In this document: piece by piece, positions 53,091 through 63,037 of the stretch
Numbering within the stretch: position 1 is the first letter of the stretch
Layout of the letters: each line of letters begins with the position of its first letter
Source: Hydrurus foetidus
Lineage: Eukaryota
Length of the DNA stretch: 64,000 bases
Direction of reading: 5' to 3'
Assembly (NCBI GenBank): GCA_900617105.1
Contig: UYFQ01000023.1
Coordinates: 682,001 to 746,000 of the forward strand
Notes under the pieces: generated by a model
What the model was told of the DNA's origin: nothing
Database searches by the model: none
The model's input: the letters and a program-made list of their open reading frames with translations, nothing else
Made by a program: the position numbers and the translations under genes

Positions 53091-54382
53091 GGGCAGTTCT
53101 ATAAATCGACGTTAACCACCCCAAGCCTTGCCTGGGACGCTAAACATTTCACAATGCGAATTTGTTTTGTGTTTTTTCGCATTTTTGGTGATTTCGAGGC
53201 GCTTCAAGGGGGGTTTTGCCCCCATTTCAGGCCACTTGGCCCATTTTGGGCGTGAGCAGGCGAGAGAAGCTAAAAACCTTGTTGCGCATGAGTATCTCAA
53301 TGCGGCTGATGTTGTAGGTGAGGTTCATCAACGCCACGCCCACTTTGGCGCGAGCGAGTCCGATGGTGCGCAGGCCCATGCCGCCCATTGTGTTTTCCAT
53401 GTGCCCAAAGACATGCTCAACGCGAGCGCGTACTTTGGACTTGGTTTTGTTGGTGGCCTTTTGTTCCTCCGTCAGAGGATGGTTGCGATACGCCCGCTCA
53501 TGGATGTGGCTGCTGTGTTGGCTGGCCTGGAGCGCCTTTTCCTGCTCCTCTGAGCGGTAGGCGCTGTCTGCCCACGTGTCTTTGCCACCCTCTTCTGGTG
53601 TGCGCAGCACGGTATCAAGCTCTTGGCTGTCGTGAACGCTGGCATCTGTACACGCATGCGCCGTGATCAGCTTGGTGTCTTTGTCGATGTTGATGTGGTT
53701 CTTGTAGCCGTAGTGGCTTTGCCCGCTTTTCTTTGTCCAGCGGGCATCTACGTCTTTGTGCCGTAGCTTGTTTGCGTTGTCCATCCACTCTTCGGGGGTC
53801 TTGCCTGCTTTGAGTTGGGCATTCTCTTCGCGCCCATTGCGCTGGATGGGTACGGGGATAAAGCTGGCATCTATGATTTGCCCACTTTTGAGTTCCACGC
53901 CCATATCCCCTAGCGCTTGGGTCAGCTTGTCCAGCAGGGGCTGCATCAGGTCGCTCTTCTTGAGCGCTTCGCGAAAGGCCCAGACGGTTCTTGAGTCAGG
54001 TACAAGTCCAGCCAACTCCAACCCTAAAAACCGCATGAACGACAGCCGGTCCGTCACTTGGTATTCCAAGCGCTCGTCTGAGAGTTGATGCAGGCGCTGG
54101 AGCAGCAGCATCTTGAACATCACGATTCGGCAGGTTGGTGGACGTCCTGCTGCGCTTTTGCGTGGCTTTACATCTATGCGCTCGAGCGTCGTGCGAAACA
54201 TCTCCCAGTCAATTGCCTCATTCAACCGCTCCAGCGGATCTCCGGCCTCGCTCAACTTCGCGTACCTCTTGTCGAGGTCAAAAAAACTGCTTTGCATCAT
54301 GGCTTGTGATTAGGAGGCTTCTTAGATAAACGATTTATATCGTTTATGCGTTGACTGGATTTGGGAATTTATAGGACTGCCC
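53091..54382 (-). mobile_element. IS5-family insertion sequence, copy 2 (1292 bp, inverted)
   Basis: Reverse complement of copy 1; ATGA duplicated at 53087-53090 and 54383-54386. Confidence 0.95.
53227..54300 (-). CDS. IS5-family DDE transposase
   Basis: Protein identical to 50310..51383 in the ORF track. Confidence 0.95.
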   Translation of the reverse strand: MMQSSFFDLDKRYAKLSEAGDPLERLNEAIDWEMFRTTLERIDVKPRKSAAGRPPTCRIVMFKMLLLQRLHQLSDERLEYQVTDRLSFMRFLGLELAGLVPDSRTVWAFREALKKSDLMQPLLDKLTQALGDMGVELKSGQIIDASFIPVPIQRNGREENAQLKAGKTPEEWMDNANKLRHKDVDARWTKKSGQSHYGYKNHINIDKDTKLITAHACTDASVHDSQELDTVLRTPEEGGKDTWADSAYRSEEQEKALQASQHSSHIHERAYRNHPLTEEQKATNKTKSKVRARVEHVFGHMENTMGGMGLRTIGLARAKVGVALMNLTYNISRIEILMRNKVFSFSRLLTPKMGQVA

Positions 54383-54417
54383 ATGATTGAAGTGGGCTTT
54401 TTGAACTGTCCCAAAGC

Positions 54418-54449
54418 AACCCACAGCGTGCAAATTCTGTGGGTTTTTT
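54418..54449 (+). terminator. Intrinsic terminator, probably that of the PIN operon before the IS insertion
   Basis: aacccacag...ctgtgggtttttt about 30 bp beyond the IS target site. Confidence 0.65.
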
Positions 54450-54553
54450 AATGTCCTAAATTGATCGAAACTGGTCTTACAGCGAATGGATGAATTCTCT
54501 CTATCCGATAAAAATAGAGCCTATCAACCACCCTGAACGATAGGAAACTTTCC

Positions 54554-55111
54554 ATGAAAACATGTCTCGTAGTGATCGACTCGCAAGAATCATTTCGCCA
54601 CCGCCCGTACTTCACCCCAGCCACCCTGCCCGGCTATTTGGCTGCACAAAACGCCTTGATCGCAGGTTGCGTGGCGCAGGGCGTGCCTGTCGTTCGGATC
54701 TTCCACGTCGATGGCCCCAAAACGGCGGACAACCCGTTTGCTGTTGAATCAGGGTTGATCTGCCCCATTGAAGGTTTGGCTGACTTTGAGCCCGCCGCCA
54801 CCTTCACCAAAAACCGCCACAGCGCCCTGGTGGGCACGGGCTTGGACTGGTGGCTGACGCAAAACGGCATCGGCAAGCTCATCATCAGCGGTATCCGCAC
54901 CGAGCAATGCTGCGAAACCACCACCCGCCATGCCTCTGACTTGGGTTGGTCAGTGGACTACTGCCTGGAAGCCACCCTGACGTGGGATATGCACAACGCA
55001 GATGGCACGGTGCTCTGCGCCGCCGACATCATGACGCGCACGGCCACGGTGCTGAGAGACCGCTTTGCGCGGATTTGCACGGTGGGGCAGGCGCTTAGCA
55101 CAACAAGCTGA
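54554..55111 (+). CDS. Isochorismatase / cysteine hydrolase family protein
   Basis: LVVIDSQ, K..HSA, GIRTEQCCETT. Confidence 0.88.
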   Translation: MKTCLVVIDSQESFRHRPYFTPATLPGYLAAQNALIAGCVAQGVPVVRIFHVDGPKTADNPFAVESGLICPIEGLADFEPAATFTKNRHSALVGTGLDWWLTQNGIGKLIISGIRTEQCCETTTRHASDLGWSVDYCLEATLTWDMHNADGTVLCAADIMTRTATVLRDRFARICTVGQALSTTS

Positions 55112-55126
55112 CCGCAGAATTCCGGC

Positions 55127-56137
55127 ATGACGTCCCACCCACCACTGCCCATAGAAGTGCTGTTTGCCCTGCTGCCGGGCAGCCTAATACTGGACTGGGC
55201 AGGCCCGGCTGAAGCACTGCGCATCGCCAACCAGTGCCTGCAAGCACAGGGTCAGCCTGCGCGGTTTGTGCTGCGGTTCATCAGCCCCCAAGCTGACACC
55301 GTGTCATCGGTGGGTGCAATGCTGACGGGGTTAGCGCCGTTACCAGCTGCCCTGACGGTCAACACCAATGCGCCTTGCTGGGTGGTACTGGTGGGCTTAC
55401 CCGGCGCTACGCTGGCCGTGGACAATGCGCCCACCCTGGCCCTGCTGCATTGGTTGCGTGGCTTGCGCCTGTGCACAGGGCGGCTTGAACTGGTGACCGT
55501 GTGCGCCGGCACTTTGCTGGCGGCCCACGCGGGTCTGCTCAAGGGGCACCGCGTCACCACCCACCACACGCACCTGGACGAACTGCGCCACGCAGAGCCG
55601 CAATGTGAAGTGGTGGCGAACCGGGTGTTCGTGACAGACGCGCCGGTGTACAGCAGCGCAGGTGTCACCACGGGCATTGATTTGATGCTCTACCGCATTG
55701 CCGAGGTTTGCGGAGAGGCCATTGCCGCGCAAGTGGCAACCAGCATGGTCGTCGCGCTGCGGCGTGGCCCGAATGACCCTGAGCTGTCGCCGTTCCTCAG
55801 CTACCGCAACCACATGCACCCGGCTTTGCACCGGGTACAAGATGCCATCAGCCACGACCCCAGTCTCGACTGGAGCGTGCCACGCATGGCTGAGCTGGCC
55901 TGCACCTCGCCACGCCACCTGACGCGCTTGTTTGTCGAACATGGGCAGATTGCGCCCTTGCAGTACTTGCGCCGCATCCGCGTGGCCGTGGCGCAAACGG
56001 CGCTGCAATCAGGCCACAACGTACACCAAGCGGCGGCACTGGCGGGCTTCAGCTCTGACACCCAATTGCGCCGGGCGTGGCACACGCTGGGGCCAGCGGG
56101 TGCACCGTCACAGGCCAGAGCACGCCCCACCGCGTAG
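55127..56137 (+). CDS. GlxA-type AraC regulator (DJ-1/PfpI plus HTH)
   Basis: VCAG, TTHH, SSAGVTTGID, SPRHLTRLF, GFSS..QLRR. Confidence 0.9.
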   Translation: MTSHPPLPIEVLFALLPGSLILDWAGPAEALRIANQCLQAQGQPARFVLRFISPQADTVSSVGAMLTGLAPLPAALTVNTNAPCWVVLVGLPGATLAVDNAPTLALLHWLRGLRLCTGRLELVTVCAGTLLAAHAGLLKGHRVTTHHTHLDELRHAEPQCEVVANRVFVTDAPVYSSAGVTTGIDLMLYRIAEVCGEAIAAQVATSMVVALRRGPNDPELSPFLSYRNHMHPALHRVQDAISHDPSLDWSVPRMAELACTSPRHLTRLFVEHGQIAPLQYLRRIRVAVAQTALQSGHNVHQAAALAGFSSDTQLRRAWHTLGPAGAPSQARARPTA

Positions 56138-57802
56138 CTGGTTAGTTGGTCGCTGGAGCGGTCTGTCCAGCCGCTGGTGGCGACGCAAGCGCCGCCCGAC
56201 CCCTTCAAACAGCAACTCGCTCAACAGCGCCAAGCCCGCTGAAGGTAATGCGCCCGCGAGCATCAAAGCGTTGTCGTTCAACGCCAGCCCGGTAACGATG
56301 CGCTCGCCCAAGCCACCTGCACCGATGAAAGCGGCGATGGTGGCGGTGCCTATGGCGATAGCGCTGGCGGTGCGGATGCCCAGCACGATGGTGGGCAAAG
56401 CCAGGGGCAATTCGATCGCCCTCATGCGTTGGCGCGGCGTCAGGCCCAAGGCCATGCTGGCCTGGCGCAGACCCGGAGGAACTTCGGCCAGCCCAGCGCA
56501 GGTGTTGCTTAGGATGGGCAAGAGCGCGTACAGCAACAAGGCCAACAAGGCGGGCCAAAAACCGATCATCCCCATGGCAGCAATGAACACGGCCAGCAAA
56601 GCCAGTGAGGGCACAGTTTGCAGCACACCCGCCGCACCGAGCACCAGCGCCCGCAGACGGGGGTGCGGAAAAATCACAATGCCCAATGGCACGGCAATCA
56701 GCGTGGCAAAAGCGACGGCCAGGGCCACCAGCAACAGGTGTTGACCCGTGAGACGCAACAGATCCGGGGCGATCAGGCGTTGCCAGAATTTGCCGACGTA
56801 GCTCGCTTGCTCGCTTTTAGGCAGGTTGACATCAGCTATGCTTTCAGTAGCTTTTGACGCATAGGGTATGGGCAGTAAAGCGCTTTTTTGTCTCAAAAAA
56901 TCCTGGGCAATTGCCTCAAAAGACTGGCCCTGCAATTCAGCTTGTGCGTTCATCCGGACCATGGCCGATTCGCTGATGCGGCCCTCCAGCGCTTGCAAGG
57001 CCTGCCACACGGCGGGGTGCTGCTGGGGCAAATCTAAGCGGTAGAGCAGTACCGCGTCGTACCTGGGGAAGTAGTGCAAATCGTCCACCAGCACGCGCAG
57101 GCCCAAGTGGTCGATTTTGGCGTCGGTGGTGTAAATGTCCATCACGTCGATCTGCCGCTGGGCGATGGCCTCGTAGGCCAAGCCGTGGTCTAAGCCGGTG
57201 GGGGTCGCGCTGAGGTGGTATGTGGCGGCCAAGCCTTTCCAGCCATCCGCTCGGCCCATGAACTCATTGGACAGGCCCAGCTTCAGCGCCGGGTGGCGTG
57301 CCAAGTCGCTCAGGGTGCGGATGTTCAATTTTTCAGCATCTGCGGCGCGCAAAGCCAAGGCGTAGCCATCGTTGAACCCCAGCGGCACCGCCACACCCAG
57401 GCCGAACGGAGCCAGGGCACGGTGCAACGCATCGAGGGTCATCGACGCATTGCCTTTGACGATTTCCAGCGCAATCGTGCCGGTGTATTCGGCGTACACA
57501 TCAATCTGCCCGGAACGCAGCGCTTCGTAGACGATGGCGGTATTGCCCAGGCCTTGTAACACCTTGGTTGTGGTGTTTGTGCTGGTGGTGTTAGCGCGGC
57601 TTGCGGCCTCTGCTGTTTGCGCCACGATATGGGCGAGGATGTAGGACTCGGTGAAGCGCTTGGAACCCACCCTCACCGTGGCAGAGGGGGCAGCAGCGGA
57701 GGCCAGGTCTGTCGCGGCCCAGACACCGCCCATCCCAGCACTGCACAGCATGCAAAAAAACGACATGGACAAGCAGCGCCAGAGGACGAGAGAGCAATTC
57801 AT
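56108..57802 (-). CDS. Osmoprotectant (glycine betaine) ABC transporter, fused binding protein and permease
   Basis: VGSKRFTE, YAEYTGT, FPRYDA; QTVPSLALL, IGAGGLG; start uncertain. Confidence 0.88.
   Translation of the reverse strand: MNCSLVLWRCLSMSFFCMLCSAGMGGVWAATDLASAAAPSATVRVGSKRFTESYILAHIVAQTAEAASRANTTSTNTTTKVLQGLGNTAIVYEALRSGQIDVYAEYTGTIALEIVKGNASMTLDALHRALAPFGLGVAVPLGFNDGYALALRAADAEKLNIRTLSDLARHPALKLGLSNEFMGRADGWKGLAATYHLSATPTGLDHGLAYEAIAQRQIDVMDIYTTDAKIDHLGLRVLVDDLHYFPRYDAVLLYRLDLPQQHPAVWQALQALEGRISESAMVRMNAQAELQGQSFEAIAQDFLRQKSALLPIPYASKATESIADVNLPKSEQASYVGKFWQRLIAPDLLRLTGQHLLLVALAVAFATLIAVPLGIVIFPHPRLRALVLGAAGVLQTVPSLALLAVFIAAMGMIGFWPALLALLLYALLPILSNTCAGLAEVPPGLRQASMALGLTPRQRMRAIELPLALPTIVLGIRTASAIAIGTATIAAFIGAGGLGERIVTGLALNDNALMLAGALPSAGLALLSELLFEGVGRRLRRHQRLDRPLQRPTNQLRGGACSGL
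56835..56888 (+). repeat. Dispersed fixed-spacing motif inside the osmoprotectant transporter linker
   Basis: gctatgctttcagtagc-ttttgac-gc-atagggtatgggc-agta-aagcgcttttt. Confidence 0.65.
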
Positions 57803-57941
57803 GGCGTGACTATAGCGGCGAGCGCCAGCTTGCAAGCATCGTTACAACACAATCGGTGACCAGGCATAAATTCCCTTGTTCTGCAATTGGAATTGCACAC
57901 ATCAGCGTGCAATTTGGCGCTTATTGGTGCAAACTGCAAAA

Positions 57942-60900
57942 ATGCTTGGCACCTACAGTACCGTACTCGTCACGTTTTCCATTTTGATAGCGGTGGCGGC
58001 GGCCTATGCTGCGCTGAGTCTCTCTGGGCGTATCGTGGCCTCTGGCGAGCAAGGCTGGCGACTTTGGGTGGTGGGGGGCGCTATTGCCATGGGGTTTGGC
58101 ATTTGGTGCATGCATTTCATCGGGATGCTGGCGCTGCATCTGCCGATTCCACTCTCTTACCACCCCGGCATCACACTCGCGTCCAGCTTGCCTGCCATCG
58201 CCGCATCTGCTTGGCTGCTCTACCGGGTTCGCATGGTTACAGACCCTTCGGTGGCCGAATTGGCCGTGACATCGGTGGTGCTGGGTGCTGGCATTGGCGG
58301 GATGCACTACGCGGGCATGGCGGCAGTGCAGGTCGCGCCGTTCATCGAGTTCAACTTGGCAATGGTGGCTTTGTCGGTGGTCGTGGCTGTTGCGTTGGCC
58401 TCAGTGGGGGTCACGCTGACCTTCAAGTTTGCACGACACAACGGCACGGAATGGCAAAAATTCATCGCCGCCGCCGTGATGGGCAGCGCCGTGGCGGGGA
58501 TGCACTACACCGGCATGGCGGCATCGAGCTTCCCTGCCAACTGCCTGCCCACACCAGGGGACTGGGACTTACCCTCGGCCGGTATGGCCTTCAGCGTGGG
58601 CACAGCAGCCCTGGTGGTACTGGGTCTGACTATTGCAACCACGATTTTGGATGCCCGTTTGGCAGAGCAAAACTCGCATTTGATGCAGAAGCTGCAAGCG
58701 GCCAAAGACCAAGCGGAGGCCGCGACGCGAACCAAATCAGACTTTTTGGCGAACATGAGCCATGAGATTCGCACACCGATGAACGCCATCATCGGCATGT
58801 CGCATCTGGCACTCAAAACCGATTTGGACAGCAAGCAGCGCAATTACATCGAAAAAGTCAACCGCTCTGCCGAAGGCTTGCTGGGCATCATCAACGACAT
58901 TTTGGATTTTTCTAAAATAGAAGCGGGCAAACTCACCGTAGAGAACATCGAGTTTGAGCTGGAAGACGTGCTGCAAAACCTCTCCAACCAACTCGGGCTG
59001 CGTGCCAGCGACAAGGGGCTGGAGCTGCTGTTTCAAGTCTCCTCTCAGTTACCAGAAACATTGGTAGGTGACGCACTGCGCTTAGGGCAAATTTTGATCA
59101 ACCTGGGCACCAATGCCGTCAAGTTCACCGACACGGGCGACATCACCATTGGTGTCGCCTTGGCTGAAGACATACCGCTAGACAACCGTGGCGGGCTGAT
59201 GCTGCATTTCTGGGTGCGCGACACCGGGGTCGGCATGACCGAAGAGGAATGCAGCCGCTTGTTCCAATCGTTTATGCAAGCGGACAGTTCCACCACCCGC
59301 AAATACGGCGGCACGGGCCTGGGGTTGGTGATTTCCAAGCGCTTGGTGGAAATGATGCAGGGCCGCATTTGGGTAGACAGCGTACCAGGACAAGGCTCTT
59401 GTTTTAACTTCACGGCCACCTTCAACCAGTTTGAAGCACAGGCCCCCGAAACGGTGTTTGATTTCACCGCCTCGCGCTTGGTCAGCTCGTTCCATAGCCA
59501 CCGTGCGCTGGTGGTGGACGACAACCCCGCAGCGCAAGAAATCATGGCCACGCTGGTGCGCGACATCGGTATGGTGGTCGATGTCGCCATGAACGGGGCG
59601 GACGCTTTGCAACGCATCGCCACGGCCCATCAACAGCAGCAGCCTTTTGAGTTTGTGTTTCTGGACTGGCGAATGCCTGTGATGAACGGCATTGAAACTG
59701 TCCAGCACCTTGATCGATTGGCCTACCTCCCCGCGCCACACGTCATCATGATGTCTGCTTATGCGCGTGAAGACGTGGTGCAGTCTGCAGAGCTTGCGGG
59801 CATCAAACCGCACTTTGTGCTGGGTAAACCCGTTACTCTGGCATCGTTGCACAAGCTGCTGAGCAGGGTGCTGTCCCAAAGTGCACCCGACACGCCCAAA
59901 GCGCACACCGCTGGGTTGGACGATACACCCAGCAGTCTGCCTCTGATGGGCGCAAAAATACTGCTGGTAGAAGACAACGATCTGAACCGCGAACTGGCGA
60001 CAGAGCTGCTCCGGCAAGCCGGGATACAAGTGGTGATCGCCGTCAACGGCCAGGAAGCCGTGGATATATTGATCCGTGACCCCGACTTCGACGGTGTACT
60101 GATGGACTGCCAGATGCCCGTGATGGACGGCTACGAAGCCACCCTGGCACTGCGTGCCTTGCCTCAGTTCAATCAACTTGCCATCATCGCCATGACGGCC
60201 AACGCCATGTCCAGCGACCGTGAGCGGGTACTTGCCGTGGGCATGAACGACCACATCACAAAACCCATCAACGTAACCGAGATGTTTGACACCATGTCCC
60301 GCTGGATCAAACCCAGCAGTGCTAACCTGGCACAACGCGGGAACACCCAGACAACAACAGCAGCTCCAATAGAAATCCATCATTTAAATATGGACTTTCT
60401 GGCACTGAAAACGATAGACACAATGGCTGGGTTGCAACGCGTCAAAGGTGATCGACGGCTGTACCGGCGCCTGCTGATAAGTTATTTAAAGGGGAACCAC
60501 AACTTTGGCACGCAGTGCGCAGAACCCTTAAAGCAAGGGGACATGAAAACCATAGAGCGACTGGCGCACACATTGAAAGGTGTGTCAGGCACCATAGGCG
60601 CTAACGCGGTCATGACAGCAGCAGCCCATTTGGAAGACGCGTGCCGACAAAACCAAGAAGCGCCCACTGTCGCCCTGCTGTTCACCGTCACTCTGGAGGC
60701 ACTGCAACCCGTGCTCGACGAATTAGGTACTTTGCCAAGCGATGCGATAGTCAGCACAGACCGGCGAAAATTCGATCAGCAACTCTGCGTCGAACTGCGC
60801 ACGCAACTCGCCAAGCTTGGCATGCTGCTTGAATTGGGCGATTCAGACAGCTTGGAATATGCCGAAAAAATCGCGAGCCTCACACTGAACTCCTCACTTC

Positions 60901-61028
60901 ATACGGCCGCTACCACGTTGCTGGATGGCGTGGCTGGTTTCGATTTTGACGAAGCTAAAACGGCACTCGCGACTCTGGAAGCGCTGCTCAGCAGCCTGGA
61001 ACAAGATCAGGTCGCAGCACCAAGCTGA
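57942..61028 (+). CDS. MHYT-domain hybrid histidine kinase (2 REC, HPt)
   Basis: MHFIGM, MHYAGM, MHYTGM repeats; [29 protein letters not shown]. Confidence 0.93.
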   Translation: MLGTYSTVLVTFSILIAVAAAYAALSLSGRIVASGEQGWRLWVVGGAIAMGFGIWCMHFIGMLALHLPIPLSYHPGITLASSLPAIAASAWLLYRVRMVTDPSVAELAVTSVVLGAGIGGMHYAGMAAVQVAPFIEFNLAMVALSVVVAVALASVGVTLTFKFARHNGTEWQKFIAAAVMGSAVAGMHYTGMAASSFPANCLPTPGDWDLPSAGMAFSVGTAALVVLGLTIATTILDARLAEQNSHLMQKLQAAKDQAEAATRTKSDFLANMSHEIRTPMNAIIGMSHLALKTDLDSKQRNYIEKVNRSAEGLLGIINDILDFSKIEAGKLTVENIEFELEDVLQNLSNQLGLRASDKGLELLFQVSSQLPETLVGDALRLGQILINLGTNAVKFTDTGDITIGVALAEDIPLDNRGGLMLHFWVRDTGVGMTEEECSRLFQSFMQADSSTTRKYGGTGLGLVISKRLVEMMQGRIWVDSVPGQGSCFNFTATFNQFEAQAPETVFDFTASRLVSSFHSHRALVVDDNPAAQEIMATLVRDIGMVVDVAMNGADALQRIATAHQQQQPFEFVFLDWRMPVMNGIETVQHLDRLAYLPAPHVIMMSAYAREDVVQSAELAGIKPHFVLGKPVTLASLHKLLSRVLSQSAPDTPKAHTAGLDDTPSSLPLMGAKILLVEDNDLNRELATELLRQAGIQVVIAVNGQEAVDILIRDPDFDGVLMDCQMPVMDGYEATLALRALPQFNQLAIIAMTANAMSSDRERVLAVGMNDHITKPINVTEMFDTMSRWIKPSSANLAQRGNTQTTTAAPIEIHHLNMDFLALKTIDTMAGLQRVKGDRRLYRRLLISYLKGNHNFGTQCAEPLKQGDMKTIERLAHTLKGVSGTIGANAVMTAAAHLEDACRQNQEAPTVALLFTVTLEALQPVLDELGTLPSDAIVSTDRRKFDQQLCVELRTQLAKLGMLLELGDSDSLEYAEKIASLTLNSSLHTAATTLLDGVAGFDFDEAKTALATLEALLSSLEQDQVAAPS

Positions 61029-61052
61029 CGCAGCGTTGCGGCCAAAGCGGAC

Positions 61053-61079
61053 TTAAGTTTGCGCCGCCAGCGTCGATAG
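61053..61079 (+). promoter_or_regulatory. Putative sigma28 (FliA) promoter
   Basis: TTAAGTTT-N11-GTCGATAG versus consensus TAAAGTTT-N11-GCCGATAA. Confidence 0.65.
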
Positions 61080-61148
61080 AGAGTCATCGGTTTTGCATTC
61101 GTGCAATCCGGTGGTTCATTGGGCTCTCTAACGCAACGAGGTGTCGCC

Positions 61149-62246
61149 ATGCGCATCGCTTTCTCTGATTTCGCTTTTCAGGTAACGCACAGCGCGACAA
61201 GCAGCCAAACCACCCAGACCCGGCTCAGCGCCTGGGTGGGCCGCGATCCGGCAGCATCGGCACCACGTCCCGTACCAGCCACAGCCTCGGCACCCACCCT
61301 GTCCACAGCACTGCCTAGCTCGGCGACCAACAGCGTGCAAAGCAGCATGGATGAGATCGAACGTGACCCCAAACTGGTGATGATCCGGGCCTTCGTGGAG
61401 ATGATGACGGGGCAAAGCGTGCGCTTTGTGAGCGCTGCTGACCTCGGCATCGACAACGCACCATCAACGCCCGCAATCAGCCCAGAGGCTACCGCTGCGC
61501 CTGACGCGCCATCACCAACAACATCACCCACGACACCCCCCATCGCCACCACACCCGCAGGCTTTGGCATCGAATTTGACAGCCGCACCGTGGTGCAAGA
61601 AACCGAGCAAACCGACTTCCAAGCCGATGCCATCGTCCGCACCGCTGATGGGCAGACCATCAGCCTTTCTCTCAGCCTGCACATGAGCCGCAGCTACCGC
61701 AGCGAGACGACTGTGTCGCTGCGCCAAGGTGACGCGGTGAAAAAAGACCCCTTGGTCATCAACTTTGGAGGCAAAGCTGCGCAACTGCAAAGCCAGCGCT
61801 TCAAATTTGATTTGAACGGGGATGGCACCCCAGACAACGTGCCCTTGTTCAGCAATGACAAGAACGGGGAAAGTAGCAGCGGCTACCTCGCCATTGACCT
61901 GAACCACAATGGCCGCATCGACTCAGGCCGCGAGCTGTTTGGCCCCGGCACTGGCAACGGCTTTGCGGAACTCAGCCGCTACGACCAAGACGGCAATGGC
62001 TGGATTGACGAGGGGGACGCGGTGTTCAAACAGCTCAAAGTCTGGACACCTGCCGCCACCGGCAACGGCACGATGAACAGCCTGCAAGCACGCGGCGTAG
62101 GCGCTTTGCACCTCGGCTACAGTGCCACGCCCTTCGAGCTGAGAGACAGCAACAACCGCAGCCTGGGCAGCGTGCGCTCTACCGGTGCGTACCTGATGGA
62201 GAACGGCGGCGCGGGCACGCTGCAACAGATAGATTTAACGGTTTAG
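61149..62246 (+). CDS. Ca2+-binding protein with an FrpC-like Asp-Pro self-processing module
   Basis: DPLV followed by DLNGDG, LAIDLNHNGRIDSGRELFG, NGFAELSRYDQDGNGWIDEGD..F..LKVW; GAGG RBS before the ATG at 61149. Confidence 0.72.
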   Translation: MRIAFSDFAFQVTHSATSSQTTQTRLSAWVGRDPAASAPRPVPATASAPTLSTALPSSATNSVQSSMDEIERDPKLVMIRAFVEMMTGQSVRFVSAADLGIDNAPSTPAISPEATAAPDAPSPTTSPTTPPIATTPAGFGIEFDSRTVVQETEQTDFQADAIVRTADGQTISLSLSLHMSRSYRSETTVSLRQGDAVKKDPLVINFGGKAAQLQSQRFKFDLNGDGTPDNVPLFSNDKNGESSSGYLAIDLNHNGRIDSGRELFGPGTGNGFAELSRYDQDGNGWIDEGDAVFKQLKVWTPAATGNGTMNSLQARGVGALHLGYSATPFELRDSNNRSLGSVRSTGAYLMENGGAGTLQQIDLTV

Positions 62247-62262
62247 CGAACTTTCAACCGTT

Positions 62263-62316
62263 TTTTCAGGCTCTATCGCTTTATACATATGCATTGAAAG
62301 CTACTGTTTTTATAGC
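62263..62316 (-). repeat. Dispersed fixed-spacing motif downstream of urtE
   Basis: Reverse complement: gctataaaaacagtagc-tttcaat-gc-atatgtataaagc-gata-gagcctgaaaa. Confidence 0.7.
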
Positions 62317-62318
62317 AC

Positions 62319-63023
62319 TTAAATCGCCACCAACTGCCGCACGCCTTTGGCCTGCATCTCATCGCCGGGGCCACGGGCAATGAACTCGCCGCGTTCCATC
62401 ACCAAGTAATCATCGGCCAGCTCCTCGGCAAAGTCGTAGTACTGCTCGCACAACACAATCGCCATGCGCTGGCCGTTCATGCCCTGGTCTGCCAGCATGC
62501 GAATGACGCGGCCAATGTCTTTGATGATGCTGGGCTGGATGCCTTCGGTGGGCTCGTCCAGAATCAGCAACTTAGGGCCAGCTGCCAACGCACGGGCAAT
62601 CGCCAACTGCTGCTGCTGACCGCCCGATAGATCGCCGCCACGGCGGTGCAGCATCTGCTTCAACACCGGGAACAGCTCGTACAACTCAGGCGGAATCGGC
62701 GTGCTGGCCGGTTTGTAGGCCAAGCCCATGCGCAGGTTTTCTTCCACCGTCAGGCGGGCAAAAATCTCACGGCCTTGAGGCACAAAGCCCACACCGGCGC
62801 GGGCGCGCTCGTAGGGCGTGGCATTTTGAATGGGCTTGCCATTGAACTCGATGGTGCCGGTTTTGATGGGCACAAGGCCCATCAGCGACTTGAGCAAGGT
62901 GGTCTTGCCTACGCCGTTACGGCCCAGCAGCACGGTGACTTTGCCTAAAGCGGCCTCAAAACCCACATCGCGCAGGATGTGCGAGCCACCGTAGTATTGG
63001 TTGATGTTTTTGACGGTCAACAT
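62319..63023 (-). CDS. urtE: Urea ABC transporter ATP-binding subunit UrtE
   Basis: YYGGSHIL, GRNGVGKTT, VPQGREIF, LSGGQQQQLAI, DEPTEGIQP. Confidence 0.93.
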   Translation of the reverse strand: MLTVKNINQYYGGSHILRDVGFEAALGKVTVLLGRNGVGKTTLLKSLMGLVPIKTGTIEFNGKPIQNATPYERARAGVGFVPQGREIFARLTVEENLRMGLAYKPASTPIPPELYELFPVLKQMLHRRGGDLSGGQQQQLAIARALAAGPKLLILDEPTEGIQPSIIKDIGRVIRMLADQGMNGQRMAIVLCEQYYDFAEELADDYLVMERGEFIARGPGDEMQAKGVRQLVAI

Positions 63024-63037
63024 AATGGGTTTTCCTG

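Noticed and set aside
50228..54382. Composite transposon that inserted as one unit
   Set aside because: Outer flanks differ (TTAA and ATGA) and each IS has its own target duplication.
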